NCBI GenBank assembly: GCA_963773065.1
Contig: CAVYZN010000026.1
Coordinates: 1 to 64,000, forward strand
Reading direction: 5' to 3'
Source: an uncultured Gammaproteobacteria bacterium
Lineage (GTDB): Bacteria > Pseudomonadota > Gammaproteobacteria > UBA9214
Length of the DNA stretch: 64,000 nucleotides
Within the stretch, counting starts at the first letter, position 1, and each line of letters begins with the position of its first letter. This document shows positions 22,091-32,579 of this stretch, one piece after another. The notes beneath the pieces are model-generated. The model was not told the DNA's origin. It did not search any database and saw only the letters and a list, made by a program, of their open reading frames with translations. The position numbers and the translations under genes are program-made.

Positions 22091-22687
22091 ATGAACAACC
22101 AGCGAGTCACCGACGACTGTCTCGACATCCTGTTTCGCAACGCCCGATCGCACAGCTTCTGGCTCGACCGGCCGGTGAGCGATGAACAGTTGCGGCAGCT
22201 CTACGAGATCATGAAGTGGGGCCCCACGAGCGCCAACACCTGCCCGGCGCGCCTGCTGTTCCTGCGCACACAGGCGGCGAAGGAGCGCCTGCGGCCCTGC
22301 CTCGATCCGGGCAACGTGGAGAAATCCATGACCGCGCCGATGGTGGCGGTGATCGGGATGGACATGGAATTCCATCTCCAGCTCGGCAGGCTCTTCCCGC
22401 ACAACCAGGAGGCGCCCTCCTGGTTCGCGGGCAAACCCGCGAAGATCGAGGAAACCGCCTTTCGCAACGGTACGCTGCAGGGCGCGTACTTTCTGCTGGC
22501 CGCGCGCGCCATCGGCCTCGACTGCGGGCCGATGTCCGGTTTTAACCGCGCGCGGCTCGATGCCGAGTTCTTCCCCGACGGCAAGGTCAAGTCCAACTTC
22601 CTCTGCGCGCTCGGCTACGCCGATCACGCCAGACTCTTTCCGCGCAGTCCGCGGCTCAGTTTCGACGAGGTCTGCCGCCTACTGTAA
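22091..22687 (+). CDS. rutE: Malonic semialdehyde reductase / RutE-type nitroreductase
   Basis: LFRNARSH, WGPTSANTCPAR, FRNGTLQGAY, GLDCGPMSGF, FPRSPRLSF. Confidence 0.9.
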   Translation: MNNQRVTDDCLDILFRNARSHSFWLDRPVSDEQLRQLYEIMKWGPTSANTCPARLLFLRTQAAKERLRPCLDPGNVEKSMTAPMVAVIGMDMEFHLQLGRLFPHNQEAPSWFAGKPAKIEETAFRNGTLQGAYFLLAARAIGLDCGPMSGFNRARLDAEFFPDGKVKSNFLCALGYADHARLFPRSPRLSFDEVCRLL

Positions 22688-22738
22688 CGGCGCGGCACCC
22701 GCCGCCGTCAGCCGAGGCGGCGAACCGGCCCCAGGCGG

Positions 22739-23326
22739 CTAGTCGATCAGCAGGATAAGGGCCGTGGTCAGCGCGGCGATGAAGAGGGTGCGCACGCCGC
22801 TCCACAGCCAGTACCGGCCGCTCACCCTCCCGAGAAACGCGCCGAGCAGAAACAGGGTCGCGAAAGCCAGTGCAATGGAGGCATCGAGCGGCGGGAGCGG
22901 CAGCACCAGACCGGCCTGCGCCAGCCACAGGGGTGAAATGATGACCAGCGCGATGAGCAGCGGCGCCAGCCCGTTGGCGGCGGCCACCAGCAGCGGCGCC
23001 AGCCGCGCCGAGTGGCCGTGGTCGGTATCGGCGAGGTCATGCACCAGCGCCTGCTCCAGCTCCAGCAACTCCTGTTCACGCTCGGCGGCCTCGCTCACGT
23101 AGGCGCTGGAAAGCCCGCTCACGGTGAGCGCGATCGCCGCGCCTAAACAGGCATTGATCACGACCGGGAGGGCGACGTTGCCGCTGGTATAGAATCCCGT
23201 GACCAGTCCCAGCATGGTAAGGGCGCCGTCAAAGCCGTTGGTCACGAAATAGCGGCGGGCGATCTTGTGGGCATGACCGAGCCGGAACAGAAAGTTAATT
23301 CGCTCAAGCATGCGGTTACCCTTCAC
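22739..23326 (-). CDS. VIT1/CCC1-like membrane protein (TIGR00267-type)
   Basis: ARRYFVTNGFDGALTMLG, SAYVSEAAE; GTGA overlap with the DUF211 gene. Confidence 0.75.
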   Translation of the reverse strand: MKGNRMLERINFLFRLGHAHKIARRYFVTNGFDGALTMLGLVTGFYTSGNVALPVVINACLGAAIALTVSGLSSAYVSEAAEREQELLELEQALVHDLADTDHGHSARLAPLLVAAANGLAPLLIALVIISPLWLAQAGLVLPLPPLDASIALAFATLFLLGAFLGRVSGRYWLWSGVRTLFIAALTTALILLID

Positions 23327-23607
23327 TCAGGGCGGCGTCTGCTCCGGCCGGGAACGTTGCTCACCTCCACCTCGTCGATGCTGTGCACCGAACCGCCGAG
23401 GCGGGTAATGATGCCGACGATCACCTGGTAGGGAATGTCGTCGCCCTCGATGACCACCACCGTGCTCTCGGTCTTTTCATCCACTTCCGTCACCGTCACC
23501 GTGACCCGGCAACCGCTGTTTTCGTCGGCAATGGCGCTGGCAAAATCCAGCGCGTTGGGATGATGGGGCTTGAGCACGTCGAGCACGATGCGTTTGAGCG
23601 AAGACAT
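23323..23607 (-). CDS. DUF211 (MTH889-like) protein
   Basis: RIVLDVLKPHHP...GGSVHSIDEV signature. Confidence 0.85.
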   Translation of the reverse strand: MSSLKRIVLDVLKPHHPNALDFASAIADENSGCRVTVTVTEVDEKTESTVVVIEGDDIPYQVIVGIITRLGGSVHSIDEVEVSNVPGRSRRRPE

Positions 23608-23753
23608 GGATATCCCTGCCGGAAAATGGGTGAGCACCGCTGGTCTGATAAGATATCATACCGACTGTCCCGGTTCGTTACGAGTTCGCCCCGGAAAACT
23701 CGAGGCCGGCCGGCGATCCGCCATGACACCAACGTGAAGACGACACTTCCGCC

Positions 23754-24740
23754 ATGACGATAGCGTGTTACACCCAGCGTCTGCTCAATCCGTTCCGGGG
23801 CGTGATCAATTGCATCCGCTACGAATCCGCGGAAGCCGTGACGCGGGATGGCATCCGCTGGGACATCTATGTCAGCAATGACCGGCTGCTCGAAGGACTG
23901 GAGACCGGCCGGCGCGTGCAGACCAGCGACATCCGCTACGGCAACTGGTCGGCGGAGACGGGGTTGAAACGCGGTCCGTTGTTTCCCTCGGACGATTTCA
24001 GGTTTCTGGAACACCGGGGAGCCATCGTCTACGAACACCTGCTACGGGTGCACGACCAGGTCCCGTTCCCGATTCAGGACCGCTTTGAACTCTGGCTGCT
24101 AGACCAGGAGTCGCGGCCGCTGGCGCTGCTCGACAGCGCGGTCAGCCGGGAAGACATCGACCTGGAGCAGTCCATCGAATGGCGCGCCGGCGAGGACTGC
24201 CGGCAGACGTTCACCACCGCGGTGGCAGATGAGCTGTCGATAGAGCGCAACTGCGAAGGCGCCGCGGCCGGCTATCTATCACACCACATCAACGCCGGCG
24301 CCGGCCCATCGCCCGCGGCGCAATGGTTCGAACGCCTCCCGGACGGCAGTGGCGCGGGCATCGCGGGCATCAAGCTGGACGCGGGACTTGCGGCGCGTCG
24401 CCTGGGTGGCGGGGAATTCCCGCCCCTGCTGCTGGCTACCCGAGGTTACGATGCCGCACACCGGCAACTGTTGAATGATTTCCTGCGCTGGCAGGCGCCC
24501 TGGCTGCTGGCGCTCCCGACGCTGGACCGGGCGACGAGGGAACGCCTGGAGCACATGGCCTGCGCCCGCCCCCTGCTGGTTGCGCAGCACTACCGCCTGT
24601 ACCCGGACATTATCGACAAGCGGGCGATCAGGGCGGCACGGGTCGAGGCCATGCTGCGCAAGGCGCAGCCGGAAATGAGGGACGCCGACAGCGTTATGTC
24701 GACGTTCTATATCGAACTCCATCCCAGTCCGACGGAATAG
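23754..24740 (+). CDS. Conserved hypothetical protein
   Basis: 328-aa ORF with coding-like codon usage; CYTQRLLNPFRG, DRFELWLLD, AAQWF, WQAPWLL. Confidence 0.8.
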   Translation: MTIACYTQRLLNPFRGVINCIRYESAEAVTRDGIRWDIYVSNDRLLEGLETGRRVQTSDIRYGNWSAETGLKRGPLFPSDDFRFLEHRGAIVYEHLLRVHDQVPFPIQDRFELWLLDQESRPLALLDSAVSREDIDLEQSIEWRAGEDCRQTFTTAVADELSIERNCEGAAAGYLSHHINAGAGPSPAAQWFERLPDGSGAGIAGIKLDAGLAARRLGGGEFPPLLLATRGYDAAHRQLLNDFLRWQAPWLLALPTLDRATRERLEHMACARPLLVAQHYRLYPDIIDKRAIRAARVEAMLRKAQPEMRDADSVMSTFYIELHPSPTE

Positions 24741-24919
24741 CATCCAGGCGTTCATCCCTTATGATCCGCTACACTGCGGCACCACGACGGCGTTTACCCC
24801 ATAGGCCATGTCGGGTACCGACCATCTCGACACTACGGCTGACCCGGCTCTTAGGTGAGCGGACCGGAGCCGGGTCTCCGACCGCCGCTCCAGCCCGCCC
24901 CCACAGCGACTGACCGGCC

Positions 24920-25810
24920 ATGCACGCTGACTCGAGCCGCGCGAAGTACGTCATCAGAAACCCGCTGCGCTTCGTGCGCCAGACCATCGCGGGGTTTCGC
25001 GCCAACCAGGGATTGCTGCTGGCCGGCGCCGTGGCGTATTACACCCTGCTCTCCATCGTGCCCATGCTGGCGATCATCCTCATCGTCCTGTCACACCTCA
25101 CCGATCTGCAGCTCCTGCTCGATACCACGCGCAACTACCTGGACTTGATCGCCCCCGGCCATGCCGACGAGCTGACGGCGCAGGTCGCCGCCTTCCTGCG
25201 CGACTGGAAGCTGGTCGGCGTGGTGGGGATCCTGATGCTGCTGTTGTTCAGCTCGCTCGCGTTCACCACGCTGGAAAATGCCATGTCGGTCATCTTCTTC
25301 CACCGGGTGGCGATACAACGCCGGCATTTCCTGATCTCGGCCATCATCCCCTACTGTTATATCCTGTGCCTGGCGCTGGGCATGTTCCTGGTCAGCACCG
25401 TGAGCGGCGTACTGGCCACCCTGGATGAACGCACCGTGACCATCCTGGGACACGCGTGGTCGCTGGGGGGCCACAGCGCGCTCATCGTCTACGGCCTGGG
25501 CGTCAGCGGAGAAATACTGCTGCTGTCTTCCCTCTACCTGGTCATGCCCATCGGGCGCCTGGCCGTGCATCACGCCCTGATCGGCGGGGTCACCGCCACG
25601 GTGCTGTGGGAACTCACGCGGCATTTCCTGGTGTGGTATTTCTCGACCCTGTCGATCGTCAACATCATCTATGGCACCTTCGCCACGGCGGTCATCGTTC
25701 TGCTCAGTCTGGAAGCCGCCGCGTTCATCCTGCTCTTCGGCGCCCAGGTGATTTCCGAATACGAGCGCATCGGCGGCCGCTATCCCTCGCAAGGCGGCCT
25801 GCACACATGA
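24920..25810 (+). CDS. YihY/virulence factor BrkB-family membrane protein
   Basis: AGAVAYYTLLSIVP, ALIGG, IYGTFAT, LLFGAQ. Confidence 0.88.
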   Translation: MHADSSRAKYVIRNPLRFVRQTIAGFRANQGLLLAGAVAYYTLLSIVPMLAIILIVLSHLTDLQLLLDTTRNYLDLIAPGHADELTAQVAAFLRDWKLVGVVGILMLLLFSSLAFTTLENAMSVIFFHRVAIQRRHFLISAIIPYCYILCLALGMFLVSTVSGVLATLDERTVTILGHAWSLGGHSALIVYGLGVSGEILLLSSLYLVMPIGRLAVHHALIGGVTATVLWELTRHFLVWYFSTLSIVNIIYGTFATAVIVLLSLEAAAFILLFGAQVISEYERIGGRYPSQGGLHT

Positions 25811-25910
25811 ATCATCGCGCTCACCGGCTCTGGACGCGACGGGCTGCCCAGGCATAAACTTGTCCTATCGCATCACAACCGCAGCCCGGTCTGTTGCGCA
25901 TCACCCGCCC

Positions 25911-27338
25911 ATGAAGAACCCGATAGACGTGCTTGCAAGACTGGCCCGCGCGGCCGGGCTCTGGCTGCTCGCCCTGTGCCTGCTCACCCTCTTCGCGCCG
26001 AGCGTCCCGGCCCGGGCGGATGGCGGCGGGAAGACCCTGCAGCGCCTGGCCGATCCCGTGATCATCGAGGGCATCGAACTGCCCCGGCTGTCCGGCAGGG
26101 ACATCAATAACATCCGCGTCTATGTCTTTCACGACAACAGCCCCGTGGCAATCCCCTTCCAGATCGACCAGCGCGACTCGACGGGCGGCTGGGTCTGGAG
26201 CGTCGTCTACCGCCAGAGTTACCAACTCGACACCGACGACGGCACTGCGCCGGTCATACGCAAGCCCGAGACCGCCGGCGCCGGCACGGTCGATGACCAG
26301 GACCCGAAGGGGAAGGCGCTGCTGGACGGCAATGACGTGCTGGTGTTCATGGCGGATGACCTCGGCGACCAAAGCACTAAGGCGCAGAGCGCCTTGCATG
26401 CCGCCCTGGTCCAGGAGATCGAGGTAGTTGATTCGGGAGACGGCACCCGCGGCTGGGCCTACGTGGCCTATTACCCGGATTCGCCTCCACCCCGCTCCGA
26501 GACACGCTACATGCAGTACAGCGCCAGGGAAAGAATGGTGCGTTCCCCCCTATACGATTTTCGCTTCTCGGACGAGCATACGGCCATCATTCACGACCTG
26601 CGCGTCAACGGTTTCCCGATCATCGACAAGATCAGGATCAACGGCGAAATCACGCTGGGCCTGCCGTTCACGGACAGTACCATCAAGTTCACCGAGGAGG
26701 ACATCCACGGCTACACGGAAGGTTATGTCGCGGGACCGGTGCGCATCATCAGGCGCAATATCGCCCACCTCACCCTTGCCGGCGGCCTGCTGAACACATC
26801 CGAGGTCACCTGCGACCACTTCTACTACATGCGGCATGCGGAGATTCCCGTGTGCCTGTCGATCCGTTTCCCGGTCAAGCAGGTTTCCATGACCCTGACC
26901 ACCGATTACCGCGAGCCGCCGTTTCACCACCTGTTCATGGGCAAGGCGCAGGAACCGGCGCGGCAACAAGGTGAAGGTCGCTCGCTTGAGGCGCATGTAC
27001 GCGAACTGGGAACCGAGTGGATCGCCTTCGACAGCCGCGAGGCGTCGATCATCAGCCTGATGGTGGTGCCGGAGAGGATCGAAGGGCAAGCCCATGCGCA
27101 GCCCTGCCTCTGCGGTGACGCCACGGAAACACCGCTCACCAGCGCCTCGGTCGGAACCCCGACCGAAGCCGGCTTCCTGATCACCTCCACGACGGAATGC
27201 CCCAAGGGCGAGCATGTCCTCTACGGCACCTACCTGATCTCCACCCGCCCCTACCAGCCGGGGGACGAGAACGCGGCACTGCGCATGCAACACAGCAAAC
27301 TCGTGACACACGTCACCTCGGTACCCGCAGGCAACTGA
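25911..27338 (+). CDS. Exported hypothetical protein
   Basis: Signal peptide; IPFQIDQRD, LDGNDVLVFMADDLG, GPVRIIRR. Confidence 0.75.
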   Translation: MKNPIDVLARLARAAGLWLLALCLLTLFAPSVPARADGGGKTLQRLADPVIIEGIELPRLSGRDINNIRVYVFHDNSPVAIPFQIDQRDSTGGWVWSVVYRQSYQLDTDDGTAPVIRKPETAGAGTVDDQDPKGKALLDGNDVLVFMADDLGDQSTKAQSALHAALVQEIEVVDSGDGTRGWAYVAYYPDSPPPRSETRYMQYSARERMVRSPLYDFRFSDEHTAIIHDLRVNGFPIIDKIRINGEITLGLPFTDSTIKFTEEDIHGYTEGYVAGPVRIIRRNIAHLTLAGGLLNTSEVTCDHFYYMRHAEIPVCLSIRFPVKQVSMTLTTDYREPPFHHLFMGKAQEPARQQGEGRSLEAHVRELGTEWIAFDSREASIISLMVVPERIEGQAHAQPCLCGDATETPLTSASVGTPTEAGFLITSTTECPKGEHVLYGTYLISTRPYQPGDENAALRMQHSKLVTHVTSVPAGN

Positions 27339-27437
27339 CACGGATCCGCCGTTCCACGTCAACGCCGCAAAGGCAATGTTCACTGGAATCCCCGGCCAGA
27401 CATTCGGGCAGACGGACAAGGACACCCGGATCCCCCA

Positions 27438-27613
27438 GAGCCTGTGAAAATATCGACGGTCGTCGCGAGGGCGTCGATTGGCGTGCGAGGCAAGGCGCGC
27501 TGCGCGAAAACAAGGGAGTTTGGCGAGCCAAATGACCGAAGTTTTCGCGTGGCGCAACACCGCCGCAGCCGCAAAGCGGCGTCCGCAGCAGGCTGGCGAT
27601 ATTTTCACAGGCC
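27438..27613 (-). mobile_element. MITE family B (IS5-like ends), abutting the sixA stop codon
   Basis: TIR GAGCCTGTGAAAATATCG / CGATATTTTCACAGGC; inverted near-identical copy of 61678-61854. Confidence 0.9.
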
Positions 27614-28138
27614 TCAGTCGGCTTCCGTTGGCAACGAACCGGGGCGGGTGACGGATACCGTCCGGGCGCAACCGTACTCCAGCCGCGCCCAGTCATCGGG
27701 CAGTTTGAGGCGCGCCAGGGTTGCCGTGGGCATCAGGTTGCCGTCCTCTGGGGTAACGGTTTGATCCCCCCAGAGATAGGCCAGCAGTTCCGCCATGCCC
27801 GGATTGTGTCCCACCAGCATGACGTTTTTACGCCCTTTCGGACAGTCCGCCAGCACCGCCAGCAAGGTTTCCACATCCGCCGCGTAGAGCCGCCGGTCGA
27901 AGTGTATGTCTTTTTTTGAGATATCCAGTTCCTTGCCTACCCGATAGCTGGTTTCTTGCGCACGGACCGCGGGAGAGCTGAGTACATAATCGGACGCCAG
28001 ACCCTCCCCGCGCATCCACTGCCCCATGCGCCGCGCATCCTTCATTCCCCGCTTCGCCAGCGGACGCTCGAAGTCATCGACCGCATCGGTATCCCAGGCG
28101 GATTTGGCATGGCGTAACAGCAGCAGATGGCGTGGCAT
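27614..28138 (-). CDS. sixA: SixA-type histidine phosphatase
   Basis: LLRHAKS, DFERPL, SSPAVRA, LVGHNPG. Confidence 0.9.
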   Translation of the reverse strand: MPRHLLLLRHAKSAWDTDAVDDFERPLAKRGMKDARRMGQWMRGEGLASDYVLSSPAVRAQETSYRVGKELDISKKDIHFDRRLYAADVETLLAVLADCPKGRKNVMLVGHNPGMAELLAYLWGDQTVTPEDGNLMPTATLARLKLPDDWARLEYGCARTVSVTRPGSLPTEAD

Positions 28139-28222
28139 TTCCGCACCCCCAGTCCAGTACGATACAACTGTTAACTATAGTGCCATTCGGCTATGAGGCA
28201 TTACTTGTATAGTTCTAAGTAG

Positions 28223-28351
28223 TGTCCATCCATAAAGAAATAAACTCACCGCAAAGACGCAAAGTTCGCGAAGAAACTTATTAACAAAAACAATTAAATG
28301 GCTTTGCGTTCTTTGCGCCTTTGCGGTGAAAACGGTGTTTATGGATGAACA
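28223..28351. mobile_element. MITE family A, best-preserved copy with 8-bp target duplication
   Basis: TIR TGTCCATCCATAAA / TTTATGGATGAACA; CTAAGTAG directly repeated at 28215-28222 and 28352-28359. Confidence 0.9.
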
Positions 28352-28377
28352 CTAAGTAGGCGGACGGCGCAAGTTGC

Positions 28378-30222
28378 TCAGCGCGGCAGATGCAATTGCC
28401 GCCGTTTCTTTTCTTTCACCGGCTGGCTCCCGCGCCTGGCTTTTGCCGCGGCCGGTTTGTCTTTTGTCTTGTGAAAGCGGCTTTTCTCCGCTGTGGATGT
28501 CTTCGCCTTTAGCGGCCGGTCCCCGGACTTGCCGCCTTCCCCGATCTTGCCGGCGACTTCACGGCTGATGTCGAGCTTATGCTGGCGCACCCGCACCTGC
28601 TTGAGGTGACGGAGTACATCCTGCGGCATGCCCTCGGGGAGATCGACGGTACTGAAATCGTCATAGAGTTTGATCTGGCCGATGTACTGGCTGTCGATGC
28701 CAGCTTCATTGGCGATGGCGCCGACGATATCCCCCGCGGTGGCCTCGTGCCTGCGGCCGACCTCGATGCGGTAACGCACCGTATCGGCGGGCGATGGCTT
28801 CCTGGCTCGTTCCGGCTTGCCGCTCCGGCGCTCTTTCGTGTCCGGCCGGCCCCGGGCCGGTGGCGCCTTCGTCTTCGTGGCGCCGCCCGCCACGGGTTCC
28901 CGGGCCTCCCGCAACTGCAGCGGCCGTTCCCGCTGCAGCAGATAGGCCATGGCGGCCGCGATCTCGTGCGCGCTGAAATCCTGCTCGTTTTCGATCTGGC
29001 TGACGACCTGATGCAGGAAGCCGAGATCCTCGGATTCGATGACATCGATGACCCGCTGCTTGAACTGCGCCACCCGCCGGTCCGTCACCGCCTCGCCGCT
29101 GGGCAAGTGCATCGCCTCGATGGGCTGGCGCGTCGCCTTCTCGATGGTGCGCAGCATGCGCATCTCCCGGGGTGAAACGAACAGGATCGCGCTGCCCGCG
29201 CGACCGGCGCGCCCGGTGCGGCCGATGCGGTGCACATAGGCCTCGGTGTCGCAGGGTATGTCGTAATTGAACACGTGGCTGATGCGCTGCACGTCCAGGC
29301 CGCGGGCGGCGATGTCCGTCGCCACCACGATGTCCAGCGTCTGGTTCTTCAACTGCTCGACGGTCCGCTCGCGCAGCGCCTGATTCATGTCGCCATTGAG
29401 GGCGGCGGCGGCGAAGCCGCGCGCCTCCAGTTTCTCGGCCAGGGAGACGGTATCGGTCTTGGTGCGCACGAAAATCAAGGCCGCATCGAAGTCCTCGACC
29501 TCGAGGATGCGCGTCAGGGCATCGAGTTTGTGCAGGCCGCTCACCTGCCAGTAGCGCTGGTGGGTGGTGGCCACGGTCGCCGTGCCGGACTTGATCCTGA
29601 CTTCGCGGGGGTCGCGCAGGTGCTTGTGCGCCACGCGGCGTATGGCCTCCGGCATGGTGGCGGAAAACAGCGCGGTCTGCCGCTCGGGCGGCGTGTGTTC
29701 CAGTATCCATTCGACATCGTCGATGAAGCCCATCCTGAGCATCTCATCGGCTTCGTCCAGGACCAGCGTCTTAAGCGCTTCGAGCGTCAGGCTCCCGCGC
29801 CGCAGATGGTCCATGATCCGCCCCGGCGTGCCGATGACGACATGCACGCCGCGCCTGAGCTGGCGCAACTGGGTATCCATGGACTGGCCGCCGTAGATGG
29901 GCAGCACGTGGAATCCCGCCAGATGGCGCGCATAGGCCTGGAAGGCCTCGGCCACCTGTATGGCCAACTCCCGGGTCGGCGTCAACACCAGGACCTGGGG
30001 CTGTTTCCTGCCGAGGTCGAGCCGGCTGAGCAACGGCAAGGCGAAGGCGGCGGTCTTGCCGGTGCCGGTCTGCGCCTGCCCGAGCAGGTCCCGGCCCTCG
30101 AGCAAGGGCGGAATACTTTCCGCCTGGATGGGGGACGGGCTTTCGTAGCCGATTTCCTGCAGTGCCTGCAGGACCGGCGCGGCAAGCGCCAGTTGGCCAA
30201 AGCCGGTGACGGTTGGATTCAT
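28378..30222 (-). CDS. deaD: DEAD-box RNA helicase DeaD/CsdA
   Basis: AQTGTGKT, PTRELA, DEAD, SAT, HRIGRTGRAG, DbpA-type C-terminal domain. Confidence 0.95.
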   Translation of the reverse strand: MNPTVTGFGQLALAAPVLQALQEIGYESPSPIQAESIPPLLEGRDLLGQAQTGTGKTAAFALPLLSRLDLGRKQPQVLVLTPTRELAIQVAEAFQAYARHLAGFHVLPIYGGQSMDTQLRQLRRGVHVVIGTPGRIMDHLRRGSLTLEALKTLVLDEADEMLRMGFIDDVEWILEHTPPERQTALFSATMPEAIRRVAHKHLRDPREVRIKSGTATVATTHQRYWQVSGLHKLDALTRILEVEDFDAALIFVRTKTDTVSLAEKLEARGFAAAALNGDMNQALRERTVEQLKNQTLDIVVATDIAARGLDVQRISHVFNYDIPCDTEAYVHRIGRTGRAGRAGSAILFVSPREMRMLRTIEKATRQPIEAMHLPSGEAVTDRRVAQFKQRVIDVIESEDLGFLHQVVSQIENEQDFSAHEIAAAMAYLLQRERPLQLREAREPVAGGATKTKAPPARGRPDTKERRSGKPERARKPSPADTVRYRIEVGRRHEATAGDIVGAIANEAGIDSQYIGQIKLYDDFSTVDLPEGMPQDVLRHLKQVRVRQHKLDISREVAGKIGEGGKSGDRPLKAKTSTAEKSRFHKTKDKPAAAKARRGSQPVKEKKRRQLHLPR

Positions 30223-30445
30223 GATGGTGTACCTGTCGAAGGGAGGGTGTGGCTGCGGGAAGGCGAACCAGCCGGTGGATGAAGGCTGGGGGCATTATAG
30301 CCCATGCGCGGCCCTAATCATCGCTCTTTATCCGGTCGGACGGGGATGTGTGATGAGCAGCCGGACCCGGGAGTCCACCTTACACCGGCAAGCGCGGCGG
30401 GACACCCGTGGGAACTCGCCGTCATGCATCGCCTGGACATACGGG

Positions 30446-30835
30446 CTAGAACTGACCGCTGCGCAACATCACCAGCGTGCAAGCTCGAATACATTCGATC
30501 TGGCGGGATCGCAACCGGGATTCCAGCTCGGGGGACTCGGTGCCGGGATTGAAAATGACCCGCCCGGGCGCCAGCGCGATGATGTCATCGAGCTGCTCTC
30601 GGCTGCGCATCGGTCCCAGATACAGCGTCAGGGTGTGCACCGTCCCGCTGATGGATCGCAGCTCGTGGACCACGGGCAGACCTGCGATCGTGTCCTCCGT
30701 GAGATGTACCGGGATGACCCGATAGCCCTTGGCCTGCAGTTGCCGTACGGCCATGTTGGAAAAACGGCCCGCCTTGGGGCTGGCGCCGAGCACGACAACT
30801 ACATGATCTTCAGGCTTGCCTGGATTTGTCTGCAT
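30446..30835 (-). CDS. CoA-binding protein
   Basis: VLGASPK, TLTLYL, RVIFNPGTE, ACTLVML. Confidence 0.85.
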   Translation of the reverse strand: MQTNPGKPEDHVVVVLGASPKAGRFSNMAVRQLQAKGYRVIPVHLTEDTIAGLPVVHELRSISGTVHTLTLYLGPMRSREQLDDIIALAPGRVIFNPGTESPELESRLRSRQIECIRACTLVMLRSGQF

Positions 30836-30952
30836 GATTCGTATGCGCCGGCGCGGGACCGGCGCCGGCCGTCGGTGGTGCGTGGATATCGGGATACCGG
30901 GCGGGCCCGTCCTGCCCCGCGACTCTGGCAGTGAATTTGATCATGTCATACC

Positions 30953-31768
30953 ATGCAAGGCAACAGGCAGGCAAGGAGCCGCACTGAAACCGCCGATCAC
31001 ACCACGCAGGCGTGCCGTCCCGGAGTGAAACCGAAGAACACCCGCCCACCGCTCGCCGTCAAGGACTTCGACCTGAAGCCAGGGCGTGTGCTTGCGCGCA
31101 AGTATGAGGTGATCAGAATGCTGGGCACCGGCTGGGAAGGCCAGGTCTATTTGGTGCGCGAACTGGCCACCCGGATCGAACGGGCCGTCAAGCTGTTTTT
31201 CCCGCAACGCAACCTCAGGGATCTCGCCGCCAAATTCTATGCGCAGAAGCTGCACAAGCTGCGCCACTGCCCCATCGTCATCCAGTATTACACCCAGGAA
31301 ACCATCATCTACCGCGGCCTGCCGATAACGCTGCTGGTATCCGAATTCGTCGAGGGCGAACTGCTCAGCGATTTCCTCGCCAGGCAACCCGGAAAACGGT
31401 TGAGCGCCTTCCCGGCGCTGCACCTGCTGCATGCGCTGGCCAAGGGGATCGAATGCATCCACCAGATGAAGGAATACCACGGCGACCTGCACACCGAGAA
31501 CATCATCGTGCAGCGCTACGGGCTGGGTTTTGACCTCAAACTCCTGGACTTCTACCACTGGGGCCCGCCGAGCACGGAGAGCGTGCGCGATGATGTGGTG
31601 GAGATGGTCAGGATTTTCCATGATGCGTTGGGCGGCAGGCGGAACTACAACCATCAACCCCCCGTGGTGAAGGCCATCTGCCGTGGACTGAAACGCGGCC
31701 TGATACTGCAAAACTTTCGCACCGCGGGCCAGTTGAGGGAATACCTGGAGACCATCGAATGGCATTAA
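30953..31768 (+). CDS. Compact Ser/Thr protein kinase-like protein
   Basis: LGTGWEGQVY (Gly loop), AVKLF, HGDLHTENII, LLDF. Confidence 0.85.
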   Translation: MQGNRQARSRTETADHTTQACRPGVKPKNTRPPLAVKDFDLKPGRVLARKYEVIRMLGTGWEGQVYLVRELATRIERAVKLFFPQRNLRDLAAKFYAQKLHKLRHCPIVIQYYTQETIIYRGLPITLLVSEFVEGELLSDFLARQPGKRLSAFPALHLLHALAKGIECIHQMKEYHGDLHTENIIVQRYGLGFDLKLLDFYHWGPPSTESVRDDVVEMVRIFHDALGGRRNYNHQPPVVKAICRGLKRGLILQNFRTAGQLREYLETIEWH

Positions 31769-32574
31769 GCCTGCTGGAACCGAAAATCTACCTCGACGAA
31801 GACCTGCAGGACATCGCCGCCTTCGCCTTTGCGGGCGGCACGGTCTGCGTCTACACGGCGCGCTCCCCGGAAAAGACCACGCCGAACGAGGATTCCCTCG
31901 CGCTGCTGCCGTGCGCCGATCACACCGGCGTGCTGGTCATCGCCGACGGCCTGGGCGGATTGCGCGCCGGCGACCTCGCTTCGCGCCACGCGGTCGACAG
32001 CCTGGCCGCGGCCGTAACCCAGGGCTGCTCCGGACAGGACTCCATGCGCGAGGCCATACTGAACGGCGTGGAACAGGCGGATGAGAAGATCTCCGCGATG
32101 GGGCTGGGCGCGGCGACGACGGTCGCGATTGTCGAAATCCGGGGCCGTGAGGTACGCCCCTATCATGTCGGTGATTCCATGACCTTGATCACCGGCCAGC
32201 GCGGGCGGATCAAATACGTGACGGTGCCGCATTCGCCGGTGGGTTACGCGGTCGAGGCCGGCCTGCTCGATGCCGAGGAGGCCATGTACCATGAGCAACG
32301 TCACCTGGTTTCCAACGTGGTCGGCACACCCCACATGCATGTCGAGATCGGACCGAAGGTTACCCTTGCGGCCCGTGATACCCTGCTGGTCGGCAGTGAC
32401 GGCTTATACGACAACCTGCAGGTGGAGGAGATCGCCGGCATCATCCGCAAGGGGCCGTTGTCCTCGGCCGCGCGCACCCTCGCCGCTCAATGCCGCACCC
32501 GCATGCAGGACTATCAGCCGGATCGTCCGCACAAGCCGGACGACATGAGCTTTATCCTGTTCCGCCCCGGCTGA
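31759..32574 (+). CDS. PP2C/PPM-family Ser/Thr phosphatase
   Basis: NEDS, IADGLGG, VGDS, SDGLYD, DD motifs; overlaps the kinase by 10 nt. Confidence 0.9.
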   Translation: MALSLLEPKIYLDEDLQDIAAFAFAGGTVCVYTARSPEKTTPNEDSLALLPCADHTGVLVIADGLGGLRAGDLASRHAVDSLAAAVTQGCSGQDSMREAILNGVEQADEKISAMGLGAATTVAIVEIRGREVRPYHVGDSMTLITGQRGRIKYVTVPHSPVGYAVEAGLLDAEEAMYHEQRHLVSNVVGTPHMHVEIGPKVTLAARDTLLVGSDGLYDNLQVEEIAGIIRKGPLSSAARTLAAQCRTRMQDYQPDRPHKPDDMSFILFRPG

Positions 32575-32579
32575 ACGCC

